Assembly: GCF_006345805.1 (NCBI RefSeq)
Contig: NC_043005.1
Location: 88,660,001 to 88,724,000 of the forward strand
DNA: 64,000 nt
Direction: 5' to 3'
DNA from: Octopus sinensis
Taxonomy: Eukaryota
The notes under the pieces are model-generated. The model worked only from the letters and a program-made list of their open reading frames with translations, searched no databases and was not told where the DNA came from. Every line of letters begins with the position of its first letter. Within the stretch, counting starts at the first letter, position 1. The position numbers and the translations under genes are program-made. Shown piece after piece: positions 37,849 to 51,203 of this stretch.

Positions 37849-39419
37849 TTTTGATCTGGTTCAACACACAACGTCTTTCGCTAAAACCACCAGATAGATA
37901 CTGACTAGCTGACCTTTTCGGCCCAACGAAAGCAGTAAGATGAAATAATAACGATTTCTTGTATTTGCCACAAGGGCATCTGATCAGGGAGACATTTACA
38001 AAGATAGTTTACAGTTTGTGTGGAGAGTCACAGAAAAAGATGAAGGGAAGAAATGAGATAGAAAGTATACATTGCATACAAAATATATAGCCATACGGAT
38101 GATGCTATCCTTATGATATAGGAGGGCCTCCAACTAGGGCCTGTCAAGGAATCCAACTGATCCAGAATCGCCCTGGCCACCAAGAGCATGACCTGTTGCC
38201 CAATTGTTATTCAGTAATCTTCAGGCGCATGTATTTATTTGCTACAGGGACATCTGACAGGGTGCATTACAAAGAGAGTTTACAATTTGTGCCGCAAATG
38301 GTTTTCGCACATTAATACATACTCGCCACTTTCTCACACAGCTAATTGTTACCCGAGTGTATGTGTGTGTTTGTACTCGCGCGCGTCAGTAGCGTCTGTA
38401 AGTGTGTATATGTAAGCATTTTCTTGTAAATTCATGAGTCTCTCTCTCTCGTACACTTTCACCATCCCCTTTCCATAGCACGATAGAGTATTTTTACACC
38501 ACAGGAATCTATCGTTAGCACTTTAATACAAGAGAAGATGCGTTGTTTTGAACGATATTTGAACGAGAGCCAGACTTTTATTTACTTTGTCAAAAACCGT
38601 AATTTCTTCGGGTCTGTCTGTTTTAAGTATCGTAGATTATGGTTATGCAAAAACTGGGGGAAGGGTTGTCTTCTTTTTCTCAAGTTTTCCGTTTTGACGT
38701 TTACTTGTAGAAACCATTTTTTTTTCAGGTTTATGTTATACATTATTTTGAAGAAATATAACCTCAGATGTTTAATACATGCCTAAAACAAACAAATCTA
38801 AAGGAATTATGGTCTTTGGCTTGGTAGATAATTTTCGATTCTATTGTATAGAAATGCTCCATAAATAAAGACAGGATGGTCACTACTTGAACGTCTTTGA
38901 TCATAGTTTTGCTGTTCTGTCGGGGTTGAGCTGGAGATAGCAACATCAATAACCCGAAAATTATTCAACCTCCCACCACACCTTACCTCTTCTTCATTGA
39001 ACATTATCTATAGATATGTACAGTCACGTTTATACGGAAATGTCTACCTCAGTTTGTAAGTGAAATAAAACGAAACGAGAGAGAGAGAGAGAGAGAGAGA
39101 GTGTATTTATAATTTTAATCAAAATACAAAATGCATTTAGCAATTTGCATAACTGTTCTAAGCCAGGGTTTCACAACCATTTAAAAAAAAACCTATATCT
39201 TAAAATGTCCTCCGACGTTTACCATAAAAGGACAAAATTTTTGTTTGTTTGTATGTATGTATGTGCATGTATGTGTGTACATGTATATATGCATGCATGT
39301 ATGTAAAGAGTATTGTAGCTTGTTTAAAATATTGTGATACCAAAGTAAAATCACAAAATAACGAAGACATGGAGCTTCTTATAATGTGAAAAGGGAAACG
39401 CGTTTGCCTGCACAACCAC

Positions 39420-39830
39420 CAACATGACCGGATCTGCATAGATTCCCATGTCTTTACTCCATTTACTTCAGATGTGTTGGACTGGACACCTTACTAGGCT
39501 GCCGGACGATAGGTTACCTAAGCATCGTGGTAAACGTCCGAGACATAAACCTTAAGAAATGTTTTAGGAATGTCGTGAAAAGAAACCTTCAGGCTCTTTG
39601 TGTGAATATTGAAGACTGGAAACAGATGATAGAAAATCGATCGGTTTGGAAAGAAGCGACCTGCAATGGCTGTAAAACATTTGAAACACAGAGAATCGAA
39701 CAAGACATTTTTCTGCCGGAAAATATTTGTAACATCTGCAGTTAGGGTCTGTTTGTCCAAAGCGGCCCTTGCTAGTCTTATGAGATCTCATGACGGCATT
39801 AGTTACTTGCAAAGATGACCTTCTATGAAG
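39420..39830 (+). pseudogene. RTE (BovB-like) LINE C-terminal fragment
   Basis: WTGHLTRLPDDRLPK..DWKQMIENRSVWK..CNIC..LMRSH. Confidence 0.75.
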
Positions 39831-40210
39831 ACGTGGCAGTCACCGTTTGAAAAAAAGCTTTAAGTAAACTCTATTGCAAGCTTTATTCCCTTGTTACAAA
39901 TGCTCCATTCTGGAGCAACTCATCCCCTCATATCTGTGAAATACTGCTTTAAAGTAATTATTTTCCTAGTTAGTAACTTTTTCCAAAGTCTATGGTCATA
40001 CGATATTGTTAGTGTTTTTGTCTGAAGATAAGCAGAACAAATTTCGGAGAAAGCTACGTTAAATTCTGAGAAGTGCATCAAAATTTACCCCAAATGCCCA
40101 AAAGTAAATCATTCTGTCCAGATATTACATGTATGTTGACTAAAATAGGTCAGGCGTAGGATCATAGCATCATAGGAAGGGTGCGTTGGCTTGCGGCAAC
40201 AGGGCGGTTA

Positions 40211-40298
40211 ACTCGAGGTATCGGTGCAATTGACTCAAAGTATCGGTGCAATTGACTCAAAGAATCGGTGCAGTTGACTCGAGGCATCGATGCAGTTA
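40211..40298. repeat. 22-bp minisatellite, four copies
   Basis: Variants of the unit ACTCAAAGTATCGGTGCAATTG. Confidence 0.85.
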
Positions 40299-41361
40299 AG
40301 GTCTGTTTGTCCAAAGTTGCCCTTGCTAGTCATATGAGAATTCATGACGGCATTGGTTAATTGAAGAAATGACCTTCTGTTGAAATGACTCGTGGAAACA
40401 GGCAGTTGATTCGAGTCTAAGGGACGTTGAAAAAGTATTAGTAAGAGGAGTGATAGTTAGAAAAAAAGAGTTTGAGAAACACTGATTTAAGATCTCTGAA
40501 TTCAGCCTGGGAATTAACAAAGTGACAAGGTTTGTTTACGCGAAAACAGACCCAGATATTTGTGAATATATGAATTTGGTGTTTGTATATATGATGGTGT
40601 GTATACGTGTGTCGATATGCTTGCACTAATTTATGTAACGTGTGTGTGTGTGCGCGGTGTAGATAGATCATACATACATACATGTGTGTGTGTGTGTGTG
40701 TCGATACACTGCACTCATGTAGAAGGTGCATATCTATGTTTTGTGTGTGTGTGTGTGTGCATATCTTATACATACACGTGAATGTGCGCATGTATTTATT
40801 TCCCTTGCTACCCACAGAACAAGCAAGCCGCCACCTGTTGCTCTCCCGCAGGATTACAACATCATGGTAAAAACAAACTTACAGCAACAACGCTCACACT
40901 AACTACAACAACAACAACAACGTAAGCATCCGTGACTATGCCAACATCGATGAGGACGGCTGTAAACAGTCGCTGATCTGCTAGAAATAGCAGCTAAATC
41001 TCTCTTAAACCCCCCCCCACTTTGCCAAATTCAATGAAGAACACATTAGAACATTTTTTTCTTTTTGTATGCAACACTGATTCTTGGACATTTTGTGGTA
41101 TGAAAAACAAAACCTTTCAAAGAGAGCTGGACGAACTAAGAAGAATTAACTGTCATTTAATCATTTAATATTGTGAAGATATGTTTGTTACAGATGTAAG
41201 CAAAGGCACGATTGTAAAGGCGGCGAGCTGGCAGAATCGTTAGCACGCCGGGCGAAATGCTTAGCAGTATTTCGTCTGTCTTTATGTTCTGAGTTCAATT
41301 TCCGCCGAGGTCGACTTTACCTTTCATCTCTTCGGGGTCGATAAATAAAGTACCAGTTGCG

Positions 41362-41999
41362 GGATCTTTTCCTTTCGAACGGCAGACAATTTCTAGTTAA
41401 CTAAACACTTTAAAACTTCGTATACTGGCAGAATGTGTCAAAATATAACATTTTTTTCTCTTGGCTTTCTTGAGAAAATTGTAATTTGTTTGTTAACGTA
41501 GTTTAAATTTTTGAATTTTAACCAATCCTATGCTCTCTTTTGAGCTATAATCATTTGCTGCGTCTAAAACTGAGACAACATCCTGTAACTAACCCTAAAC
41601 CTCCCCCCCAACCCTAACCCTAAATTTTTTTTCTTAATTGTTAAATTAATTTAATTGTTACGCGTATAAAAAAACTAAAGCAATGGAATTAAATTAATTT
41701 AACAATTAAGAAAAAAATTTAGGGTTAGGGTTAGGAGGGAGGTTTAGGGTTAGTTACAGGATGTTGTCTCAGTTTTAGACGCAGCAAATGATTTTAGTTG
41801 AATGGAGGTAATCGATTGGTTAAAATTGCCGAAATGCTCGGATTTTTAGACGAAATATCTTACAATCTATAGAATTTTCTCAAGAAAGCCAAGAGAAAAA
41901 AATGCTTTATTTTGACACATTCTACCAGTATACGAAGTTTAAAAGTGTTTAGTTAACTAGAAATTGTGTTGACATCTGCCGTTCAAAAGGAAAAGATCC
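41362..41999. mobile_element. Foldback MITE (GGATCTTTTC termini, 8-bp TSD) inserted in a SINE
   Basis: Near end-to-end inverted repeat; TSD CAGTTGCG; the host SINE resumes at 42000. Confidence 0.92.
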
Positions 42000-42284
42000 C
42001 AGTTGCGTACTAGGGTCGATCTAATCGACTGACCTCTCCCTAAAAATTTTGGGCCTTGTGTCTAGAGTAGAAAAGAAAGGCACGATTTTTGGTGGCTTGC
42101 ATTGAGGAAACGCAATAAATGACGGTGACGATTTAACAGACCGCAAAGCGATGTCCAGTAATATCAGATCATATACCTCACCCTGGTCATGCCATGAAGT
42201 ACCGTCTTAAGGAACGGGCACATTAAACAGTTGCTCGGAGACCCCACGTGTCTAAGGGCCCCAAAATAATCTATTTATGCTGTT

Positions 42285-42620
42285 GCTGTTTGTTTGTTGA
42301 GCGAAGCGGTCTTCGTCCTGTAGTGGGAGAAGTCCGAAACGTGGTCCTTTGCTATTCGTAAGACCCGCAGAAAAGAAAGCAGGTCAACCCCCGACACCGA
42401 GAGCATCCAGGCTCAGCGGTTGCGTAGAAAGCCGGGGACAAGAAACAGGAAGAAAGAGTGAGAGAAAGTTGGAGCGAAGGAGTACAACAGGGGTCGCCAC
42501 CACCCCCTGCCGGAGCCTCGTGGAGCTTTAGGTGTTTTCGCTCAATAAACACACACAACGAAACCTCGATCCTCCGACCGCGAGTCCGCTGCCCTAACCA
42601 CTGGGCCATTGTGCCTCCAC
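42285..42620 (-). mobile_element. tRNA-derived SINE, fourth family
   Basis: Head GGAGGCACAATGGCCCAGTGGTTAGGGCAGCGGACTCGCGG; (AAC)n-like tail. Confidence 0.7.
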
Positions 42621-43324
42621 GGCTGTTGCTGTTGTGTTTGTAGGGGTCCTCTGTGGATTGTTTTGTCCAGAGGCCTACTACTTCTGTTAAAACAACTCTT
42701 CATATACTCACAGAAGAGGTATATATTTAATTTTGTTGATTATTCTCATTTCAAACGTTACCGATGTTGTTGTTATTGCCGTTGTTGTAACTGAAGGAAA
42801 CAGTTTATCATAACATTTATCATAACAAATAAGGCAGCGAACTGGCAGAATTGTTAAGCACGCCGGGCGAAATACTAAGCGATATTTCGTCTGTCGTTAC
42901 GTTCTGAGTTCAAATTCCGTCGAGGTCGACTTTTCGGGGGTCGAAAAATTAAGTACTAGTTACGCACTAGGGTCGATGTGATCGACTTAATCCGTTTGTC
43001 CCCTCTATGTTTAGTCCCTTGTGGGTAGTAAAAAAATAGGAAACAATTTATCATAACATATTTAAGGAAAGGCGGTGAGCTGGTAGAATCGTTAGCACAC
43101 CAGACAAAATGCTCAGCGGTATTTCGTCCGTCCTTATGTTGTAAGTTCAAATTCCTCCGAGGTCGCCTTTGCCTTTAATCCTTTCGGGGTTGATAAAATA
43201 AGCAACAGTTGCGTACTGGGTTCGATGTAATCGACTCAGCTCTTGCCCCAAAATTGCTGGCCTTGTACCAAATTACATTAAAGTTTTTAAAAGATAATAT
43301 TTAAACAGGAATCAAAGATAAAGA

Positions 43325-44180
43325 GGTACTCATGAAGAAGAGTGGACCCACGTGCAAAATTTTTTTCCCACGAGAGTTCCGGACCCCAGTTATGAACTCA
43401 TTTGCATATAACCAATCAGAGATCAACTATCAAAGTAATTTATGAGCGCATAACAAGTGATGGGCGATAAGATAAGGTCACTTGGGTAAGGGATGACCAT
43501 GCCCCTTTTCTCTTTTAAGAATGCTTGTTCTTGTTTCAACCATGGCTGCATCTGTGTAGTTATTTGTGTTGTTGTTGACTTCCTAAGGGGAGAGGGTTGC
43601 TAGAGCATCACCCTCTACCCACATTTTCCCATCCACATCTTTACCGTATGGGACCCTAACAAAATCCGATAATAGGTCTAGATGCAAATCTAACTAATTA
43701 CTTGTCTCCTCCTAAAATTAGGCTTAACTTGGCAATCGGTCGACTTACAACAACGTTCTTCGTCTTGCGTTTTACTTGGTAGAGTGGGTTTGTTAACTTG
43801 ACAAGGTCAAGGTGAGCTCTGATTGGTTGTATGCAAATGAGTTCATTACTAGGGTCCGGAACTCTCGTGGGAAAAATAATTTCGCGACCAGCGATAGTCA
43901 TTAAGAAAGTGAAAGTGAAACAATTTTGAAATTGAAACAAAATGTTACTCATTTAGGTATAATTCGATTTATTGCTATTTAAAATGATTCATGATATTTA
44001 GCCATTCATTCAGAGTTTTGACGCGGCATATTCACTTCATTTCTAAAGGAGAAAGTGTTTAATATAAACGCATATTCAGAGTGGTTTACTTTTGAATAAC
44101 ATTGTATTTCAATTTCAAAATTTGTTTTATTTTCACTTTTCTTAATGACTAGCGTGGGTCCATTCTCTTTCAGGATTACC
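43325..44180. mobile_element. GG-terminal foldback element with a second inverted-repeat element (43357-43882) nested in its left arm
   Basis: Outer: GGTACTCATGAAGAAGAGTGGACCCACG vs reverse complement GGTAATCCTGAAAGAGAATGGACCCACG; arms continue at 43885-43955 and 44090-44160. Inner inverted repeat approx. 68 bp. Confidence 0.7.
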
Positions 44181-45129
44181 GTCAAAGGATCCGTACAGGT
44201 GCATCTGTCGCTCCCTTGTGCCAGTTTTGGCTCTAATACTCATAAAATTCTCCATTATCCAGGTATATTCCTAATTGTCATTGGCAGTCTTGCAACTAAT
44301 CAAGGAATTCCAATTCACTTGGAAGGTGTTGTATGGACAAGAACACTCGCGAGTCCCTGGGTACCTGCATGGTTGCAGTGTATCAGAGGTGTGACGTCTT
44401 GGTTCTCTTCGAAAACGAAATACGCAACGTATTCATTCAGCCAAACATACAAACACGCTTAAAGTTAGCTAATCTTAAATGATGTATACTAGTATGCCCG
44501 TGTCATCAACAATATTTTGTTAATTATAGAGAATAGCACATTCATGCAAATGAAATTAAATATTAAACTTTTTTTACTTTGGAAAATATCTTCTGTGGCA
44601 CGTAGAATACTGTGTGCGTGTGTGTATATATATGTGAGTGTGTGTGTGTATAAATAAATCAAATTTACATCTGGTGGGCTTCCCCTTAGTTTCCGTTTAC
44701 ATAGTTTACTCACAAGGCTCGGGGTGACTCGAGGATATAGTAAAAGATACATACTTAGCATATCATGCTGTGAGACTGAACGTGGGACTCCTGATTGCAA
44801 TGCGAATTTCTTGAGAGAGAGAGAGAAAGAGGGAGAGAGAAAGAGGGAGAGAGAAAGAGGGAGACAGAGAGAGAAATTTATAGAAAGATGATGATGATGA
44901 TATGTGTATGTATGTGTGTGTGTCTTATTGAGACACTTGTTCTTTTCTCTTGTTTTTCTCTCTCCTCGTCTATCCTTTCCGTAGAAGAGCGAAGGTTCGA
45001 AATGTTAAAGACTTATTCCAATTTCTCTGAGTGTGAACCTAATACGGCCTGTTTGTTAGTTTGTGTTTTTTTTTTTACCTAGTCTTCGCTTTTTAAATTT
45101 TTGTATCACACACATACACACACATAAAT

Positions 45130-45437
45130 AGGGATATAGAGATAAAGAGAGACATAGAAATAGAGATGAAGAGACAAACAAAGATGGAGACACCGAGACA
45201 GATAAACAGATATAGACAGAGATATAGAAAGAAAAAGATGGAGAGACAGACAGATAAACAGATATAGACAGAGATGTGTATAGATAGATAGATAGAGAGA
45301 TAGACAGATATATATATAGAGATAGATAGATAGAGAGATAGACAGATATATATATAGAGATAGATAGATAGATAGATAGACAGATATATATATAGAGATA
45401 GATAGATAGATAGATAGACAGATATATATATAGAGAG

Positions 45438-45481
<44 letters not shown>

Positions 45482-45490
45482 GCAGACGAC
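45130..45490. repeat. (GATA)n/(GA)n compound microsatellite
   Basis: Seen directly. Confidence 0.95.
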
Positions 45491-46166
45491 AGAGAAGGCT
45501 GCTCAATAGATATAGTTTTCTCAATGGTGAAAATGTGTAGCTTGCTTGTAACAACAGAACCTTACTGTAACTTATATATCAACTTAACTCAGCTGATGTA
45601 CAGAGAAATATGAGAAAAACATCAAGTTTGTACCCTGTAAATGGGTGAACCAACCACGTTTAGACTTATAGCTAGTTTAAAACAACACATATTTCCTATC
45701 ATCTCTCTAATTATTAAATTAATTGGTTATCGAAAACATTCTCTCACCCAACCCTTACCTTCAAATCAACCATTTAATTCGAAGTTCGATTAAATATAAC
45801 AAAAATATCGACGTGAGCTTTTTAGATATTAAGCAAAGATAATAATAATAATTTATACATCGTTATTTTGATTACGAGAAGAACGAAATGAAATAATATA
45901 TATTTTTATATTTTCAGAGCCGGTTCAAGGTACCACCGGCAAGTTGGTTATTTATCCAAGGTACCACGTCGTGTTTGGGATAACCGAAGAAATAACAGGG
46001 GCGGCGTATGAAAATAATAAATAAAATGAAATATTATATTCTTATATTGTAATAAATGATAATAAAACAACTTTTTAACTCTTTATTAATTCTTTTCTTT
46101 TTTGCGTAAATTGAAAATATAAGGGCCCTGAATTTCAGGTTTTCAGGGGTTAGTAATCAACTTGGC

Positions 46167-46212
<46 letters not shown>

Positions 46213-46382
46213 TTACTCTTTTACTTGTTTCAGTCATTTGACAGGGGCCATGCTGGAGCACGACCTTTAGTCCAATCGACCCCAGGACTTATTCTATCGG
46301 TTTCTTTTGCCGAACCGCTACGTTACGGGGACGTAAACACACCAGCATCAGTTGTCAAACGATGTTGGGGGGACAGACACAA

Positions 46383-46456
<74 letters not shown>

Positions 46457-46798
46457 GACGGGCATTTTTCAGTTTCCGTCTACCAAATCCACTCACAAGG
46501 CTTTGGTCGGCCCGACAGCTTTATATATATATATATATATATGTATATGTGTGTGTGTATGTATGTGTGCATATAAATAAAATTAAATGTGCTTTTTTAG
46601 TTTCTTATACATACATGCATACACACAAACACGCGCCTTACATGCTGCTTGTATAAAATAATCGCGTGTATAGATTTGTATGGCAACTTAAGTTTTTCTT
46701 CTTCAATTAATTAATTCTATTTCTGCTAGATTTTTCTTTATCTTCCCAAATGTAAATAATAATAATAATTAACAACAGAAAGCTTTTTTTGTACTCAC

Positions 46799-46830
46799 TG
46801 TTCTTGCCGTTGTCCGAAACAACTTGCCAT
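46799..46830 (-). CDS. Candidate first exon end (MASCFGQRQE.. or 5' UTR) of an unidentified gene
   Basis: GTCGATGG start, donor CA/GTGAGT, CpG-rich unique sequence downstream of a (GA)n tract. Confidence 0.3.
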
Positions 46831-47182
46831 CGACTTTTATTTATCTCGCAAAGAGAGGAGACTCAAATGTTGACTGCGTAAAGCCCGACATTGCCAACAC
46901 CATCGCACACGCCGATCCTCTCTCTCTCTCTCGCTTTCTCTCACACACTTTTCCCCCTCTCTCTCTTTCTCACACACACTCTTTCTCTCTCTCTTCTCTC
47001 GAAGACTATGACTGCTGCTGCTATTAGTGCTGCTGCTGTTGCTGCTTCTAACTTACCATAACAACAGCAACTACACACACACGCACGTGTCTCCTCCTCT
47101 ATATATACATACATACATATGTATATAGGTGCATATCTATCTATCGTCACACACGATTTGTCGATGTCCATATATATATGTC

Positions 47183-47233
<51 letters not shown>

Positions 47234-47942
47234 CTCGCTCTCTCTCTATATATTATAGATGTGTGTTATGTATATTTGCACGCATATCGATAACTGGGTG
47301 GATCGATGTTGTGTGAGAAGCAGCTGTTAACGGCTATTATTAAAGGTATATGTATTTATTATTTATGAATATGCAGGGGAAGGTGGCGGTGGTGATAGAA
47401 GCACCCTGCTTCCGTTGGCAGTTACATGTATCTACGTTTCGAGTTCAAATCCTGCTCGAAGCAGCTCGGTTTTGCCGTTTGTTTTTTAATTTATTTTGAA
47501 GGTGTGCATGAGTGTGTGCATGTGTGTGCATCTGTTATACATATAGAGAACGAATTGATCGATTACATTACACTAAATACTGTTCGAACCAAAGAAGGAA
47601 CTTCGACGCACTTGAACGTCCGATTCGCTAGAAATAGCCCCCAATTCTCCCTCAAACCGCTACACCTTACATCTCTATATAATAATAGCCAATAAAAATG
47701 TTAGTTGACGATTCTCCAATCGCAGTCAACATGGTCAAGACAGTGAGAAAGAGAGGGAAAGAGAGAATTGCAGTAAGAGGTGCAATATGCCGGTGCATGC
47801 TAGGCTTGGTGGTAGACAATGATTGCTTTCTGAAAATGCACGTTATTTTATGAAGTTTTGCAGTTATAGATTTCCAATGGAGTTGAGTGTGATGTTGATA
47901 AAATTCAGCAAAATAATGACATATATTGACTATGCGGAAACC

Positions 47943-48011
<69 letters not shown>

Positions 48012-48913
48012 ATCTGTCTGTCTGTCTGTCTGTCTGTTCCGGTTTTTGGTTTATGTTTGTCCCCAACCCGCTTGACAACCGGTGCTGGTTTGTTTGCGTC
48101 CCCTTAACAGTTTGGCAAAAGTGTTGATAGAATTAGTACCAGACTGAAAAAAATATAAAGTAGTGAAGGTCGACTTGTTTTGTTTATACCCTTGAAGGCA
48201 GTGCCACATCCATGAGTTCAATTCCTGGTAGCGGGTTGTGTTCTTGGGCAAGGCATTCTATTTCTTGTTACTGCAGTCCATTCAGCTGGCAAAAATGAGT
48301 TGTACCAGTAATTCAAAGGGGCCACCCTTGTCACATTCTGTGTCACACTGAATCTCCCTGAGAACTACGTTAAGGGTACGCGTGTCTGTGGAGTACTCAG
48401 CCACTTGTGTATTAATTTCAGGAGCAGGCTGTTCCGTTGATCGGATCAATTGCGACCCTCGTCATCGTAACCGACGGAGTACCAGTTATTTCTACTTTCA
48501 ATTTGTCAACAAACCGAAAGAATTCCCAACTTCAAAATCTACACTACCCTTCAGATATGTCATACGAAAATTAGGGGCGTCTAGTGATTACATCGTATCC
48601 GGAACCGAACCCGGATATTTTTAGATCCAGAATACGATTATATGCGTTTCTTTCTGCAATAGGCACGAAGCTCGAAATTTTAGGGGTGAGTTTGTTGATT
48701 GCATCGGCCTCAGGGCTTAACTGTATTCATTTTGCTTATTTTATCGACCTCGGTGGACGAGAGGCAAAGTGACTTCGGCAGAATTTGAACTTAGGACATA
48801 ATGTGTCGAATATGATTGTATCCATTGAAGACTGACCGTTATCGAAGGTAAGTGTGACTTGAAAGAAATTTTGTAAGCTCTGATATAAAGTTCTCAGAGG
48901 CCCTGCCTACAGC

Positions 48914-49199
48914 CAGTGGCGGACTGACCAGGTTGCCAGCTTGTCCGATGGCAAGTGGGCCCCTGCACCATTAGAATCCATATATGGGGGCCCATATTAG
49001 TATCTAAGGGACCCATACCCCTCAAGTTTGAGAATTTTTTATTCATTCCTGGAAGAATGTATTAATTGTTTCAGCCTGGATGTGTTTGTAGACAGTTGGA
49101 AAGAATACTTAAAAAAAAATTAAACGATAGCATTGTAGTTGCGGATGGGGTCCCTTTAGTCTCCTGGCAACGTATATTTCTAAACCCAGTCCACCACTG
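48914..49199. mobile_element. hAT-type MITE
   Basis: TIR CAGTGGCGGACTG / CAGTCCACCACTG; 8-bp TSD CCTACAGC/TCTACAGC. Confidence 0.88.
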
Positions 49200-50234
49200 T
49201 CTACAGCTATGTCATGTGTGTTAAGTAGAATAACCCCTAAACGTTGGTGACTGAAGTTCGTTTCTCGGTGAAAGCTCCGTTTACCCCATTTGTTAATATA
49301 AATGTCACGACATTATTTCCCCAGTCTCCTCGGCCATTCTTCGAAACATCTTTGAGCATTTCATGAGTATGTATAAACAAGAAACAAATATTCTAACCAT
49401 AATAATTCAGTCTTTCTTTTCCAGATAATTTATCTACAACAATATTCCTTATCCCACATGACCTTCTTCTTGCTCTTCCTTTTTTTTTTAATAATATAGA
49501 GATACGACTGTTGTTTCTAGTAGATCAGCCGTCAACGTAGAGGAGACACTCATTGACTTGTCGAACAATTAACGATATAAATAATAAATACATGAATGAA
49601 AATGTGAATGAACGAATAAACGAAAGGACAAGTACATGAATGAATGAACGAATAAACGAAGAAATTGATGGACGATTATACATACGTACGAATGGATGAA
49701 TAAGCGAATAAATTAATTTATGAGTGGACGAATAAAGCTCGCTAGGACGGCGGGTTTTTTTTTAGAAAGAAAGAGAAGATTAATAAAAAGTAGGTGCCAG
49801 GTGAGGCATTTCACTTCCTTTAAACTACCCCGGGTGCCCAAACAGGGTGAGTAACACCTTAAATAACTTGGAACAGAATGAATGGAGCAAATAAAATCCT
49901 CAGTATCTTAATCCTACTTTTTTGCCCTCTATTCCCGCCTCTTTATCGTTTCATCGTTTTTCCATTTTATTCCCCATATGGTGAGAAAAGAAATACTTTT
50001 GCATACATCGCTATTTATTCCTTGACGTTTGTTAGTCCACCTTACTCCGTAAGGAGCATAGGGTCACAACTATTTCCTGCCAGTAAATGCGATCGTGGAC
50101 TCCTGCCTTGATTTCACCAAGAGAGACCGATTGCTTTCCTTTCACCCCCCCCACGCGTCCTTTCCCTGTCATCTCGGGTCGTCCAACTTTCCTTCAGGTT
50201 GCCAGTCTCATACTTACCTTGCAATGCTGCTTTG

Positions 50235-51203
50235 AGATCTCGGAAAGACTTCCTTTTGTAACCCACACCCATGAAATTAAAAAGGAAAAAATATTACACA
50301 TGATATAAGATTGATTTCTTACTATGTCTTATAATAATCCTTTCTACTATAGGCACAAGGCCTGAAATTTTGGTGGAAAGGAACTAGTCGATAACATAGA
50401 CTCCAGCGCGCAACTGGTACTTAGTTTATCGACCCCAAAAGGATGAAGGGCAAAGTCAACTTCGGGGGACTCAGAACGTAGCGGCAGATGAAACACCTGT
50501 TTCTTTACTACCCTCAAGGGGCTAAACACAGAGGAGACAAACAAGGACAGACTGACGGATTAAGTCGATTATATCGACTCCAGTGCATAACTGGTACTTA
50601 TTTAATCGACCCCGAAAGGATGAAAGGCAAAGTCGACCGCGGCGGAATTTGAACTCAGAACGTAACTGCAGACGAAATACCTATTTCTTTATTACCCACA
50701 AGGGGCTAAACACAGAGGGGACAAACAAGGACAGACATAGGTATTAAGTCGATTACATCGACCCCAGTGCGTAACTGGTACTTAATTTATCGACCCCGAA
50801 AGGATGAAAGGCAAAGTCGACCGCGGCGGAATTTGAACTCAGAACGTAGCTGCAGACGAAATACCGCTAAGCATTTCTCCCGGCGTGCTAACGTTTCTGC
50901 CAGCTAGCCACCTTACCATGTCTTAAAGTCATAAAGATTACGAATTTCTATTAAAAAGAAACTTAATTTCTTTATTATGTATATTCATGTCCCAAGGTTA
51001 GGCAAATTTCATAGAGTTAGGCAATTGACATGAATATACAAAATACAGAAATGAATCTTTTTTTAAATAGAAATTCGTAATCTTTATGATTTTCTCATCA
51101 TTATTATTATAAGACGTGGTAGGAAATCAATTTTCCACCGTGTTTAATATTTAACAAATAATTTTATGGGTGGGGGTTACAAAAAGAAGTCTTTCCCAGA
51201 TCT
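50235..51203. mobile_element. Unclassified foldback element
   Basis: AGATCTCGGAAAGACTTCCTTTTGTAACCCACACCCATGAAATTA vs reverse complement AGATCTGGGAAAGACTTCTTTTTGTAACCCCCACCCATAAAATTA; inner inverted repeat approx. 50930-51090. Confidence 0.8.
50338..50913 (-). mobile_element. SINE array: one head plus three body units
   Basis: Units joined at GAAA(T/C)ACC-T(A/G)TTTCTTTA. Confidence 0.88.

Noticed and set aside
41590-41753. Telomere fusion relic
   Set aside because: The repeats are few and sit symmetrically inside a TSD-bounded foldback transposon.
44145-44462. 105-aa plus ORF
   Set aside because: Begins inside a transposon inverted repeat; no motif or consistent splice signals.
45915-46140. 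hAT-like element starting CAGAGCCGG
   Set aside because: A matching TIR and TSD could not be established.
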